A stretch of 64,000 nucleotides of DNA, taken from contig CAVZDU010000001.1 in assembly GCA_963774265.1 (NCBI GenBank), positions 352,001-416,000 on the forward strand, given 5' to 3'. The first letter of the stretch is position 1, and each line of letters starts with the position of its first letter. The DNA comes from an uncultured Chloroflexia bacterium. Its GTDB lineage: Bacteria; Chloroflexota; Anaerolineae; CG2-30-64-16. Shown one piece after another: positions 1 to 9,340 of the stretch. The notes under the pieces are model-generated. The model saw only the letters and a program-made list of their open reading frames with translations. It made no database searches and was not told the DNA's origin. The position numbers and the translations under genes are program-made.

Positions 1-424
1 ACAGCGTGTTCGACACCACCCCCAGTTGCCGCCCCTGCTCGGACAAGCAACGCAGCATTGCGACCGCATCCCCCGCGACCGGCGTGACGACAGCCGAGAC
101 GGCCTGGTAGTACGCCTGCATTGCTTCGACGAAGACCTTGTCCGGCAGGCGCACGCCGATAGCCTCAAGACCTTCGCGCGCCATGATCTCTGCGGTATTG
201 CTGTAGCGCGTGCGCTTTGACTTGGCCTCCAACGCCGCGGCCATGCGGGCCACAGCGCGAAGCGCCAGGTCGGGGTCAGACACCTTCGTGCCGCGCAGCG
301 TCGCAACGCTCAGAAACGCGCGCATCGCCCGGGCATTGATGGCATCAAAACCATTCTCAGGTGGCTGATCGTAGTGCAACAAGGTGCCGCCGAGATCAAA
401 CAGGACTGCTTGGATGATCGGCAT
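1..424 (-). CDS. HAD-family hydrolase (N-terminal part; runs off window start)
   Basis: Read manually from ATG at 424: MPIIQAVLFDLGGTLLHYD, HAD motif I (DxGxT). ATGA overlap with the stop of the upstream kinase. Absent from the ORF track because it is truncated. Confidence 0.8.
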   Translation of the reverse strand, partial: MPIIQAVLFDLGGTLLHYDQPPENGFDAINARAMRAFLSVATLRGTKVSDPDLALRAVARMAAALEAKSKRTRYSNTAEIMAREGLEAIGVRLPDKVFVEAMQAYYQAVSAVVTPVAGDAVAMLRCLSEQGRQLGVVSNTL

Positions 425-990
425 CAGGACTTCTCCGTATCGTTACCACCGGCTGCGCCGGCGCCCAGGTAATTCAAGATCTTACGCAGATTCGTCTGAA
501 CTGTCTCTGCGGTGTCGACGACCAACCGCGGCCCGCTCATGCGCTCCAGGCGCGCGCGTGCTTGCTGATACGCATCCCATTCGCGCACCCGGTGGTCAGG
601 CACGTCAGCTGCGCGGCGCTCGATGCGCTCCCGCAGCAGCCCATCGTCGGTGGTGATACACTCGACTAACTTGAAGTCGACCTTGACGCTGCGGACAAAA
701 TTCTCGATCGCATCCTGAAACAGCCGGTAACCCGCCGGACTGTCGACTACGACGGGCAGGCCCAACGTCAGGTTGTCGCGCGCGAAGGGGATCAGCAAGG
801 TATAGGAAAGCGCCCCTGCGAAGTCGGCCACGCCTTCCATCTTCATGTCCCGTCCCAGCGTCAATGCCGTGTCCTTGATCGTGTCCTTATCCAGGTAGAC
901 TGCGCGCAGCTCGCGCGCGACTGCCCGGGCCAGCGTGCTCTTGCCCGTGCCCGGCGCACCTGCGAAGACGATCAACAACGGATCAGACAC
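424..990 (-). CDS. P-loop nucleotide-kinase-like ATP-binding protein (AAA_33-like)
   Basis: Likely GTG start at 990 (MSDPLLIVFAGAPGTGKST). Walker A, DKD, VVVDS and R-rich lid RERIERR. Confidence 0.75.
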   Translation of the reverse strand: MSDPLLIVFAGAPGTGKSTLARAVARELRAVYLDKDTIKDTALTLGRDMKMEGVADFAGALSYTLLIPFARDNLTLGLPVVVDSPAGYRLFQDAIENFVRSVKVDFKLVECITTDDGLLRERIERRAADVPDHRVREWDAYQQARARLERMSGPRLVVDTAETVQTNLRKILNYLGAGAAGGNDTEKS

Positions 991-992
991 GC

Positions 993-1724
993 TCAGAAAG
1001 CCACCCCCAACAGGCCAAGAATCAAGACGATCAACGGCGCGATGAACACCGCGGGCAGCAAATTGGCCGCACGAATTCGTTTGATGTCGAGCAGCAGGAA
1101 CGCGATGCTCAGAATCACGACCCCGCCGGTCGCGGTCATTTCGACGACCCACGGCGTCGTCGCGCGTAACGCCACCCAGTGCTGCGCCGAACAACGCCGG
1201 CAGCCACGCTCAGTCCGCCCTGGTAGACCAACACCGTCGCCGCGGAGAGGATCACCCCCGCGCCCAGCGAGTCGCGGCCAGCGCCATGGCAGCGAAGCCA
1301 TCCATCAGCGATTTGATCGTCAGCAGCGTGTAGTCGCCCATCAGACCATCCTGGATCGAGCCCAGGATCGTCATAGGGCCGACACAGAACACCAGGCTGG
1401 CGGTGATGAACCCCTGCGCGAATGTGCTCTGGTCACCACCGAGTAAGTGGCCCAGCCGAGCCTCGCTCCACTTGCCCAAATCGCTCCAACGCATCCTCGA
1501 TGCGCAAGAGCTCGCCGAGCATACCGCCGATCAGGACGCTGAACAGCGGGATGAGCATGTTCTTCGTGCCGATCGCCATCGTGACGCCGATCATCAGGGT
1601 GATCAGGCCCAAGCCCATGCAGGACCGTGTTGCGCATTTTCTCGGGCAGCCGGTTGCCCAACAGCGTGCCAAGCAGCCCGCCAACAACCACCGAGCCGAC
1701 ATTAATTAAGGTGCCAGTAATCAT
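993..1724 (-). CDS. DUF554 (YdfK-like) membrane protein, split by several frameshifts
   Basis: MITGTLINVGSVVVGGLLG, LGLITLMIGV, GFITASLVFCVGPMTILGSIQDGL..KSLMDGF, EMTATGGVVIL and NLLPA are spread over four frames. Confidence 0.8.
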
Positions 1725-1901
1725 GAAGAGCTCTCTAATAAGGATAAATGGGAAAGGATATGCCTGTATGATGCCAATTTGGGAAGCATAGCATGCTTCT
1801 GCGGCGGGGGCAAGCGCGTATTTCTGTACACGCATGACACGAGGTTGACGCGCTCAAGGTTTTGGTGTACAACAAGTTAGCTGCTGCGAAATAGGGATGT
1901 T

Positions 1902-2503
1902 ATGCGGAATGCTGTTCTGAAGCTTGCCCAACGGTTCGATTTTGAGGAAGCCCATTCGTTACAGGACGAGCGCCTCGCGCTGCGCCTGTTCGATGAGACC
2001 GCCCGTCTCGGCCTGCATCACATGGACGAACGGCCATTGGATGGTGAGAAGTCACTGACTCCGCGCGAGATCCTCTCGTACGCCGCTCTGCTCCACGACA
2101 TCGGCTATGTAGAGGGCTACGACGACCACCACAAGACATCCTTCAAGCTGATTACGACGGAAACGGTCCCTGGCCTGTCGAAGCACGATCGGTTGCTCGT
2201 TGCGCTGGTCGCACGCTACCATCGCGGCGCGACCCCGAACCCTGAGAAACATGAGCCGTACGCCACCCTGCCCTCCACAGAACAGCGCATCGGTGGCGCG
2301 GCTCGGCGCAATCCTTCGCTTCGCCGATGGCCTGGATCGCAGCCACACCGACGCGGTGCAAGACCTCACCTGCACGCTCGAAGGCAACCGGCTCACCGTC
2401 TGCCTTGCGCCCGGCATCAGACGATGAGGAAGAGCGTCTGGCCGGGCAGAAGAAGGCGCACTGGTTCGAAAGCCAGTTCAGGGTGCGCGTCGAGCTCAGG
2501 TAG
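1902..2503 (+). CDS. Stand-alone HD-domain protein resembling the Ppx/GppA C-terminal region (frameshifted)
   Basis: EEAHS..LALRLFD, AALLHDIG, HHKTS, LVARYHR, then ILRFADGLDRSH and ..KKAHWFESQF in shifted frames. Stop TAG at 2501-2503. Confidence 0.7.
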
Positions 2504-2541
2504 GTCCGCCCTGGGTCCCGGTAATTGCGTCGCCAGCAGCG

Positions 2542-4289
2542 CTACCGCTCCATGTAGTCCGAGTAGCCTCCTACAATCTCCCGTGCCGCTCCGTCTTCCA
2601 GCGCCACGACCCGGTCCACGATGCGGTCCAGGAAGTAGCGGTCGTGCGAGATCACCAGCACGGTCCCGTTGAACTCCTCCAGCGCGCCCTCCAGCACCTC
2701 GGCCGACGGGATGTCCAGGTTGTTCGTCGGCTCGTCCAGCATGCAGGAAGTTCACGTCGGAAAGCATCAGCTTGGCCAGCTGCAGCCGGCTGCGCTCGCC
2801 GCCGCTGAGATGGCGCACCTGCTTCTGCGCGGCGTAGTAGTCGAACAGAAACCGCTGCAGGAACGCGACCGCATCGGTCTCGTACATCGGCTTGGCGTCG
2901 CGGATCTCCTGCACCAGCGTCCAGTCGGGGTGCAGCGTCTCGTGCTGCTGCGCGTAGTAGCCGATCTTGACGCTCGGGCCGAGCTTGATCACCCCACCGT
3001 CGGGCTGCTCCACCAAGGGACGAGAACTGGCCCCGAATTCGTCGAATTCGAGGTGCGCCGCGCCCAGGATGCAGCGGAAGAGGACCGATTTGCCCGCGCC
3101 GTTCGGCCCGACCAGGCCCACCCGCTCGCCGTGCCAGACCTGGAAGCTGACACCCGTCCAAGCACCACGCGCAGATCGCCTGTCACGTCGTCCTCGAACC
3201 ACTTCTCGACGCGCTGCACGTCGAGCACCTTGTTGCTGCCGCGCCAGCCGCCCAGCTCCAGCCGCATGCGACTCGCCTTCCTGGGGCCGCTCGATCTTGT
3301 CCATCCGCTCGAGCATCTTGTGCCGGTGTCGCGCCTGGCGCGCGTGTCGCTCGTCCTGCGTGAACGCCGCAGCCTCCTCGAAGCGCTTGATCGCAGCCTC
3401 GATCTGGATGATACGCTTCTGCTGCGCGCGGTAGAGCTGCTCCTGCCGCAGCATCGCCAGTTGCTTGTTGACTGCGTAGTTGGAGTACGTGCCCGGCCAC
3501 ACCGTGATCTGCCCGCGCTCCAGCTCTGCGATGCGATCGACCGTCTGGTCCAGCAGGTAGCGGTCGTGCGACACGATCACCACCGCACCCGCGTAGCCGC
3601 GCACCAGCTTCTCGACGCGCTCCTTGCCCTCCAGGTCGAGGTGGTTGTCCGGCTCGTCCAGAAGCAGCAGATCGGGCGACCACACCATGCAGCCGCGCCA
3701 GGCCCACCAGCTTGGCCTGCCCGCCGCTCAGCACGCTCACCGGCTGATCGAAAGGTTCATCGCCCAACCCCAGATCGCGCAGGGTGGAGCGCACGCGGTT
3801 TTCGTAGGTCAGCCCGCCCGCCGCCTCGTAGGTCTGCAGCAGCCGCGCATGCTCGTCCAGCACGCGGGCCAGCCGGCGTTCGTCCGCGTAGACGGCGGGG
3901 TCGCCCATCTGCGCTTCCTTTAGCGCGAGCGCGTGGCGCAGCCGCGCAATTTCGGGCGAGCCGGACAGCGCGGCCTCCAGCACGGTGATGGACTCCACAC
4001 CGTTTCCCTCGGTCGGGGCCGCGGGTGCGGACGCCTCACCCGCCAGCGCATCGGGCGTGATCTCCTGGGGCAGATACCCGATCGTCAGACCCTTTTGCCG
4101 GAAGATCGTGCCGGCATCGGGTTGGAGCAGGCCGAGAATCAACTTGAGCAGCGTGGATTTGCCGCCGCCGTTCGGACCCACCAGGCCGATCTTCTGTCCG
4201 GCCTGGATCTCCCAGCTCAGGGCCGTGAGCACGGGTTTGTCGAAGTAGGTATGGTTGACGTCACTCAGGTTGACGATGATGGCTGCCAT
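2542..4289 (-). CDS. ABC-F family ATPase (two NBDs, no TM domain), frameshifted
   Basis: GPNGGGKST, LSGGQ, LLLLDEPDNHLD, VSHDRYLLD; second NBD GPNGAGKS, LSGGERSRL, LDEPTNNLD, ISHDRYFLD. Coiled-coil linker between the NBDs. Confidence 0.9.
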
Positions 4290-4321
4290 TGTTGTCGCCT
4301 CGCTAGGCCCCCCGGAGGGGC

Positions 4322-4354
4322 AAACAAAAGACCGTGAGCAAAGCGCCCACGGTC
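4322..4354 (-). terminator. Intrinsic terminator in the 5' leader of the ABC-F gene (attenuator)
   Basis: Minus strand GACCGTGGGC-GCTTT-GCTCACGGTC followed by TTTTGTTT, about 35 nt upstream of the ABC-F start. Confidence 0.75.
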
Positions 4355-4393
4355 GGTAGTTGACGTAACATTTCAGTCATTGGGCGCGCTGAA

Positions 4394-4465
4394 CTAGGGC
4401 AGCCCATCCCAAGACGCAAGGCGAGGCAAATACAGGATCGATCGGCCAATACGCACAAACAGCAT
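4394..4465 (-). CDS. Putative leaderless leader peptide MLFVRIGRSILYLPRLASWDGLP
   Basis: The ATG lies 7 nt downstream of the -10 box, at the predicted +1. The ORF sits upstream of the leader terminator. Confidence 0.55.
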   Translation of the reverse strand: MLFVRIGRSILYLPRLASWDGLP

Positions 4466-4471
4466 GTTTGA

Positions 4472-4500
4472 AGTATACTTGCGGTCGAACTTACTGTCAA
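4472..4500 (-). promoter_or_regulatory. Sigma70-type promoter for the ABC-F leader
   Basis: TTGACA (4495-4500), 17-bp spacer, TATACT (4472-4477) on the minus strand. Confidence 0.8.
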
Positions 4501-4519
4501 ACGGGAAGAATTTAGTTCG

Positions 4520-5158
4520 ATGCCAACTACTGGTTACCCGCCTCTGGTCGAAACGCTTCGTGACGCGCTGACACACCCGCTGCCCGGTTTATCGGCCCAA
4601 ATGAACATGGCGCCGCAGCCACGCCCAGGAACCACGCGCATCCTTGACCCACTCTTGGATTGCCGCCGCGCGGGCGTGCTGGTGTTGTTATACCCGGAGG
4701 ACAACGGCAGCGACCTTACCCTCGTGCTCACCCGCCGGACGGACTCCCTCGACCACCACCGCGGGCAGATTTCCTTCCCCGGCGGCAGCATGGACCCCGG
4801 CGAGGATGCGATTGCAGCTGCAAAACGTGAGACGTTGGAGGAACTGGGAGTCGAGCCTGAATCCCTGGAGATCCTGGGACAACTCTCACCGCTGTACATC
4901 CCGCCCAGCGACTTTTGCATCTATCCGGTGGTGGCGTACACGCCGAAGCCGCCGTCGTTCACCCCAAACAGGCACGAGGTCGCGGAAGTGCTGCAGGTGC
5001 CTGTGCGCCACCTGCGCCAGCCAGCCACGCGCTCCGAGGAAACCTGGGAGCAGCGCGGTGCACCGGTGCGCATACCATACTATGCAGTGGGCAGCCACAA
5101 GGTATGGGGCGCGACCGCGATGGTGCTCTGTGAGCTGCTGTCGCTGCTCGCCGATTGA
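4520..5158 (+). CDS. Nudix hydrolase, CoA pyrophosphatase (NudL/PCD1-like)
   Basis: LTRR..L..HRGQISFPGG, Nudix box AKRETLEELG, NxxEV, VWGATA. Confidence 0.9.
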   Translation: MPTTGYPPLVETLRDALTHPLPGLSAQMNMAPQPRPGTTRILDPLLDCRRAGVLVLLYPEDNGSDLTLVLTRRTDSLDHHRGQISFPGGSMDPGEDAIAAAKRETLEELGVEPESLEILGQLSPLYIPPSDFCIYPVVAYTPKPPSFTPNRHEVAEVLQVPVRHLRQPATRSEETWEQRGAPVRIPYYAVGSHKVWGATAMVLCELLSLLAD

Positions 5159-5174
5159 AAACTGGAGACCGATC

Positions 5175-6347
5175 ATGAGATACCGCACCTTTGGCAGACT
5201 GGACTGGCGCCCCTCGGCCCTGGGCTTTGGTGCCATGCGCCTGCCCGTCGTCGCCGCCGACCCGGGTCAGATCAGCGAAGCGCGAGCCACCAGGGCGCTC
5301 CGCTACGCGATCGATCACGGCGTCAACTACGTAGACACCGCCTACACCTATCACAAGAGTGCCAGCGAGCCATTCATTGGCCGGGCACTCAAGGATGGCT
5401 ACCGCGAGCGAGTGAAGCTGGCGACCAAGCTGCCCTGTTGGCTAGTGAAGGAGCCGGCCGATTTCGACCGCTACCTCGACGAGCAACGCAGCCGTCTCGA
5501 TACCGCGACCATCGACTTCTACCTCCTGCATGCGTTGGATGCTGATCGCTGGCACGCGATGCGCGACCTGGGCGTGCTGAATTGGGCCGAGCGCGCCCTG
5601 GCCGATGGTCGCATCGGTCATCTCGGCTTCTCGTTCCACGACTCTTACGAGGCATTCCAGGAGATCGTCGACGCCTATGATGGCTGGACCTTCTGCCAGA
5701 TCCAATACAACTACTTGGACGAAGAGCATCAAGCCGGCACGCGCGGGTTGAAGTATGCGGCAGATAAAGGATTGGGCGTCATCGTGATGGAGCCGCTGCG
5801 CGGTGGGTTACTGGCCGGGAACGCCGGACAGCGCAAGGGCAGAGGGCTTCCACCGACGATTCAGGCCCTATGGGATTCGGCAGAACGACGACGGAAGCCG
5901 GCCGAGTGGGCGTTGCGGTGGCTCTGGAATCATCCCCAGGTGTCGCTGGTATTAAGCGGCATGAGCACGCTCGCCCAAGTGCAAGAGAATATCACAAGCG
6001 CCAACCGCTCCGGGGCTGGCCTGCTCACAGATGATGAACTGGCCTTAATCGGCCGGGTGCGGGACGAGTATCGGCGGCTGATCCCGATCCCCTGTACGGA
6101 CTGCAAGTATTGCCAGCCGTGCCCGAATGACGTTAACATCCCACGCATTTTCAGCATCTACAATGAGGCGATCATGTTCAACGCGCCGGGCAACGGGCGA
6201 TACGCCTACACCAACTGGCTGCCGGAGGCGGAGCGCGCGGACAAGTGCCTGGCGTGCGGGGAGTGCGAGACGAAGTGCCCGCAGCATATCGCGATTATCG
6301 AGTGGCTGGAGAAGGCGGATCAGTATTTGACGGCAAACAAAGCCTGA
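5175..6347 (+). CDS. Aldo/keto reductase with C-terminal 4Fe-4S dicluster
   Basis: LGFGAMRLP, DTAYTYH, ATKLP, GFSFH, VMEPLRGG, CTDCKYCQPCP and CLACGECETKCPQ. RBS GGAG before ATG 5175. Confidence 0.9.
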   Translation: MRYRTFGRLDWRPSALGFGAMRLPVVAADPGQISEARATRALRYAIDHGVNYVDTAYTYHKSASEPFIGRALKDGYRERVKLATKLPCWLVKEPADFDRYLDEQRSRLDTATIDFYLLHALDADRWHAMRDLGVLNWAERALADGRIGHLGFSFHDSYEAFQEIVDAYDGWTFCQIQYNYLDEEHQAGTRGLKYAADKGLGVIVMEPLRGGLLAGNAGQRKGRGLPPTIQALWDSAERRRKPAEWALRWLWNHPQVSLVLSGMSTLAQVQENITSANRSGAGLLTDDELALIGRVRDEYRRLIPIPCTDCKYCQPCPNDVNIPRIFSIYNEAIMFNAPGNGRYAYTNWLPEAERADKCLACGECETKCPQHIAIIEWLEKADQYLTANKA

Positions 6348-6369
6348 TCGAGTGGGGTTGGCCAGTGAA

Positions 6370-6398
6370 GCGCCGGATGGCAGGCTGCCACCCGGCGC
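6370..6398. terminator. Hairpin between convergent akr and rnk
   Basis: GCGCCGGATGGCAG..CTGCCACCCGGCGC inverted repeat. Confidence 0.5.
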
Positions 6399-6404
6399 AG
6401 CAAG

Positions 6405-6791
6405 TTAAGAGAGGACTGACTTGATCCTCAACCTGCGCCGTCCTGACGGCACCTCCCACTCAAAACGGTCGCCGGCCCGGTAGCCCAGGATAGCCGTCCC
6501 AACGGGCGCCAGCACCGAGACGCGCATGTGTGTGATGTCGGCTTCGCCCGGAAATACGAGCTTGCAGATCATTTCCTCACCGGTGTCCTCATCGACGAGA
6601 TGCGCCTCGGAACCCATCCGCACAACATCCCCCGGAATCTCCTGATCATCCACCAAAATCGCCCGGTCGAGTTCTGACTCCAGCCCTTTGAGTTCAAGCG
6701 CCTTACGTGGGTCACCCCGCTTGGCGTCGTCGATCATTTCGCGCAACCGCTCCATATCTTTAGCGGTGATGCGTATTTCACGCGCGGTCAT
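6405..6791 (-). CDS. rnk: Regulator of nucleoside diphosphate kinase (GreA/GreB family)
   Basis: ITAKDMERL, ELDRA, IPGDVVRMGS, LVFPGEAD, SVLAPVGTAILGYRAGD..W. RBS AAGGAGG. Confidence 0.85.
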   Translation of the reverse strand: MTAREIRITAKDMERLREMIDDAKRGDPRKALELKGLESELDRAILVDDQEIPGDVVRMGSEAHLVDEDTGEEMICKLVFPGEADITHMRVSVLAPVGTAILGYRAGDRFEWEVPSGRRRLRIKSVLS

Positions 6792-6834
6792 AGTTTTCGT
6801 TCCTCCTTATTTGAAACACAACAAGAGCAGATGA

Positions 6835-6888
6835 AGTCTACAGAGTCTAAATGACGGGAGAATGAGGCCTGAATGACAATTTGATGAT
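6835..6888 (-). promoter_or_regulatory. OmpR/PhoB-type direct-repeat array plus -10 box upstream of rnk
   Basis: ATGA at 6851, 6862, 6873 and 6884, an exact 11-bp period (minus strand GTCAT/CTCAT). Then a 10-bp spacer and TAGACT (6835-6840). Confidence 0.6.
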
Positions 6889-6914
6889 CAATCGAGCGTG
6901 ACGACCGAGAGAGA

Positions 6915-7712
6915 TTACGGCTGCGCTATGGGTAACACCGCAGTGAAGGTGCTGCCCACGCCCAACTCGCTCTGCACATACACCTGCCCGCCGTGCGCCT
7001 CGACCACCTGCTTCACGATGGGCAGGCCAAGCCCGGTACTGCTCTCGTTGCGTAAGCGAGCTCGATCGACCCGGTAGAAACGCTCAAAGAGGAGCTTGAT
7101 GTGCTCGGCAGGGATGCCAATGCCAGTGTCGGAAACCGTGAGTTGCACGTGCGGTCCCGTATTACGTGAGCAAAGCGTGACACGTCCGCCGGCATCGGTA
7201 TAGCGCAGCGCATTCTCAACCAGGTTCCACAACATCTGCGTCAGCCGGTAACGATCGCCCAGGATGGCGGCCGCATCATTGCATTCAAGCACCAGTTCGT
7301 GCCCGTCGGCGTCGAGATTAGCCGCGCGCTGCCAGACCTCGGCAACGACCTCGTGTAACGGCGTCGGCTCGAACCGTATCCGATCATGGGCATCCTCTTC
7401 GGCCAGGAAGAGCAGATCGCCGATCAAACGCGCCATGCGCTCCGCTTCCTCGGAAGCTTCTCGCGCGGCTGCCTTGCGCTCCTCCGGCGGCAGATCCATC
7501 TGCAAGAGATCAAGGTTGCCGCGAATGACCATCAGCGGCCCGCGTAATTCGTGCGAGGCGTCGGCCAGGAACTGGCGTTGGCGCCGGACATTGCGCTCCA
7601 GCCGCGCCAGCTGCTCGTTGAGCGTGGTTGCCAGCTCGCGCAGCTCGTCGTCATCGGATGGTGAGAACACCCGCACTGGCGAGTGCGCCGTCGGGGCTTC
7701 TTGGTCAGACAC
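6915..7712 (-). CDS. Histidine kinase (HisKA + HATPase) lacking a TM/sensor input
   Basis: H box FLADASHELRGPL, N box NLVENALRYT, G1 DTGIGI, F box FERFYR, G2 GLGL. The N-terminus holds only a HAMP-like half helix. Confidence 0.85.
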   Translation of the reverse strand: MSDQEAPTAHSPVRVFSPSDDDELRELATTLNEQLARLERNVRRQRQFLADASHELRGPLMVIRGNLDLLQMDLPPEERKAAAREASEEAERMARLIGDLLFLAEEDAHDRIRFEPTPLHEVVAEVWQRAANLDADGHELVLECNDAAAILGDRYRLTQMLWNLVENALRYTDAGGRVTLCSRNTGPHVQLTVSDTGIGIPAEHIKLLFERFYRVDRARLRNESSTGLGLPIVKQVVEAHGGQVYVQSELGVGSTFTAVLPIAQP

Positions 7713-7745
7713 GTTGAATCCCTTTCCCCGGTCGCTGAGACGCCC

Positions 7746-8432
7746 TCATTCCTCACGCAGGCAATAGCCCACCCTGCGCACCGACTGGATAAGGCGTGGC
7801 TCACCGCCGGCCTCCAGCTTCTCGCGCAGCCGCATCACGCGGACGTCGATAACGTTGGAGCCGCCGAGGAAGTCTGAGCCCCAGACGCCGCTGAAGATTT
7901 GATCGCGCGACAGCACCTGCCGGGGATGCCGGAGGAAGTACTCCAACAGATCGAATTCCTTGGTCGTCAGATCGATCGAGCGCGCACCCCGCATGATCTC
8001 GCGCGTGCGGGGATCCATCGTCAAATCGGCGAAGCCAAGATTGTCACTTTCCGACGGGCGCACACGGCGTAGCAGGGCCCGGATGCGCGCCAACAATTCG
8101 TCAAAGGCAAAGGGTTTGATCAGGTAGTCATCTGCCCCAGCGTCCAGGCCCGCTACACGATCTGGCACGCGATCCTTGGCGGTCAGCATCAGGACCGGAA
8201 GGCCGGGCTCGCCGGCCCGTAACCGGCGGCACACCTCCAACCCGTCCAGCCCAGGCAGCATGACGTCCAATACCACCAGGTCCGGCTGTCGCTCGCGCGC
8301 GATCGCCAGTGCCTGCTCACCGTCGGCCGCCAGGTCTACGTTGTAGCCAGCGAAGGCCAACCCGCGGCGCATAAGGCTGAGAATTTTGGGATCGTCATCG
8401 ACAGCAAGAATCCGTGCTGGAGCCATTGTCAC
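7746..8432 (-). CDS. OmpR/MprA-family response regulator
   Basis: [28 protein letters not shown]; winged helix [22 protein letters not shown]. Confidence 0.95.
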   Translation of the reverse strand: MTMAPARILAVDDDPKILSLMRRGLAFAGYNVDLAADGEQALAIARERQPDLVVLDVMLPGLDGLEVCRRLRAGEPGLPVLMLTAKDRVPDRVAGLDAGADDYLIKPFAFDELLARIRALLRRVRPSESDNLGFADLTMDPRTREIMRGARSIDLTTKEFDLLEYFLRHPRQVLSRDQIFSGVWGSDFLGGSNVIDVRVMRLREKLEAGGEPRLIQSVRRVGYCLREE

Positions 8433-8536
8433 CTTGTCCTGAATTCATCTGCGAGACCATTATAACATGTGCAATTGGCCCTACTATCCCTTGCAAGATG
8501 TCGTTCCGTGCGTTACATTACTGCCGGAGGGTGCGG

Positions 8537-9289
8537 ATGGATGCTACTGTCAAGGACGCGGTTCGTTGGCTCGCCGGAGTCAGACGCCTGGTGGTCCTCA
8601 CCGGTGCGGGCGTCTCCAAAGAGTCAGGCATTCCAACCTTTCGCGAGGCGCAGGATGGTCTGTGGGCCCAGTATGATCCGATGGAGATGGCCTCGAAGGA
8701 GGGCTTCCTCCGCAATCCCAAGCTGGTGTGGTCGTGGTATGAGCACCGGTTCGGGATGGTCTTGTCCGCGCAACCCAATGCCGGACACCGTGCGATCGTC
8801 GATCTGGAGCAGCTGTTCCCTTCGGTGACCGTGGTCACGCAAAACATCGACGGACTGCATAAGGCGGCCGGTTCCGCCCATGTTCTGGAGTTGCACGGCA
8901 GCATCCGACGCTATAAATGCCTGAGCGGTCGGCACACCGATTTCGCGATCGCTGACTTCGCGGATCAAAACGAAAAACCGCCGCTCTGTCCAAAGTGTGG
9001 GGATATCATACGCCCCGACGTGGTTTGGTTCGGCGAGTACCTCTCCGAGGGCGTATTGCAGGAGGCCTACGAAACCAGCCTGCGTTGCGAAGCGATGCTG
9101 GTGGTGGGGACGTCGGGTGTAGTGCAGCCAGCGGCGTCCTTGCCGCGCCTGGCCGCGCGGTCGGGCGCCATGGTTATCGATGTCAACCCGGAACAGGATG
9201 AAATCTCGGCGACGGCTGATCTTTTCTTGCGAGGCAAGGGCGGCAAGGTATTGCCGCAGTTGGTCTCTGCTCTGAAGGCACGGCGATAG
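8537..9289 (+). CDS. cobB: NAD-dependent protein deacylase (sirtuin)
   Basis: TGAGVSKESGIPTFR, TQNIDGLH, ELHGS, RPDVVWFGE, VGTSGVVQPAA. Confidence 0.95.
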   Translation: MDATVKDAVRWLAGVRRLVVLTGAGVSKESGIPTFREAQDGLWAQYDPMEMASKEGFLRNPKLVWSWYEHRFGMVLSAQPNAGHRAIVDLEQLFPSVTVVTQNIDGLHKAAGSAHVLELHGSIRRYKCLSGRHTDFAIADFADQNEKPPLCPKCGDIIRPDVVWFGEYLSEGVLQEAYETSLRCEAMLVVGTSGVVQPAASLPRLAARSGAMVIDVNPEQDEISATADLFLRGKGGKVLPQLVSALKARR

Positions 9290-9340
9290 TACAATATCCC
9301 ATAGGAACCTTCCACAATAGTCCGGCAGCAAGGAGCACAG

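Noticed and set aside
2669-3988. Long antisense and alternative-frame ORFs (e.g. 2669-3988, 39663-41528, 50113-51291)
   Set aside because: These are shadow ORFs typical of high-GC coding DNA, overlapping well-supported genes and lacking recognisable motifs.
8537-9289. Sirtuin (or Lhr) as part of an anti-phage defence system
   Set aside because: It is an ordinary CobB-type deacylase with housekeeping neighbours and no Thoeris/DSR/Argonaute partners. Lhr is likewise stand-alone.
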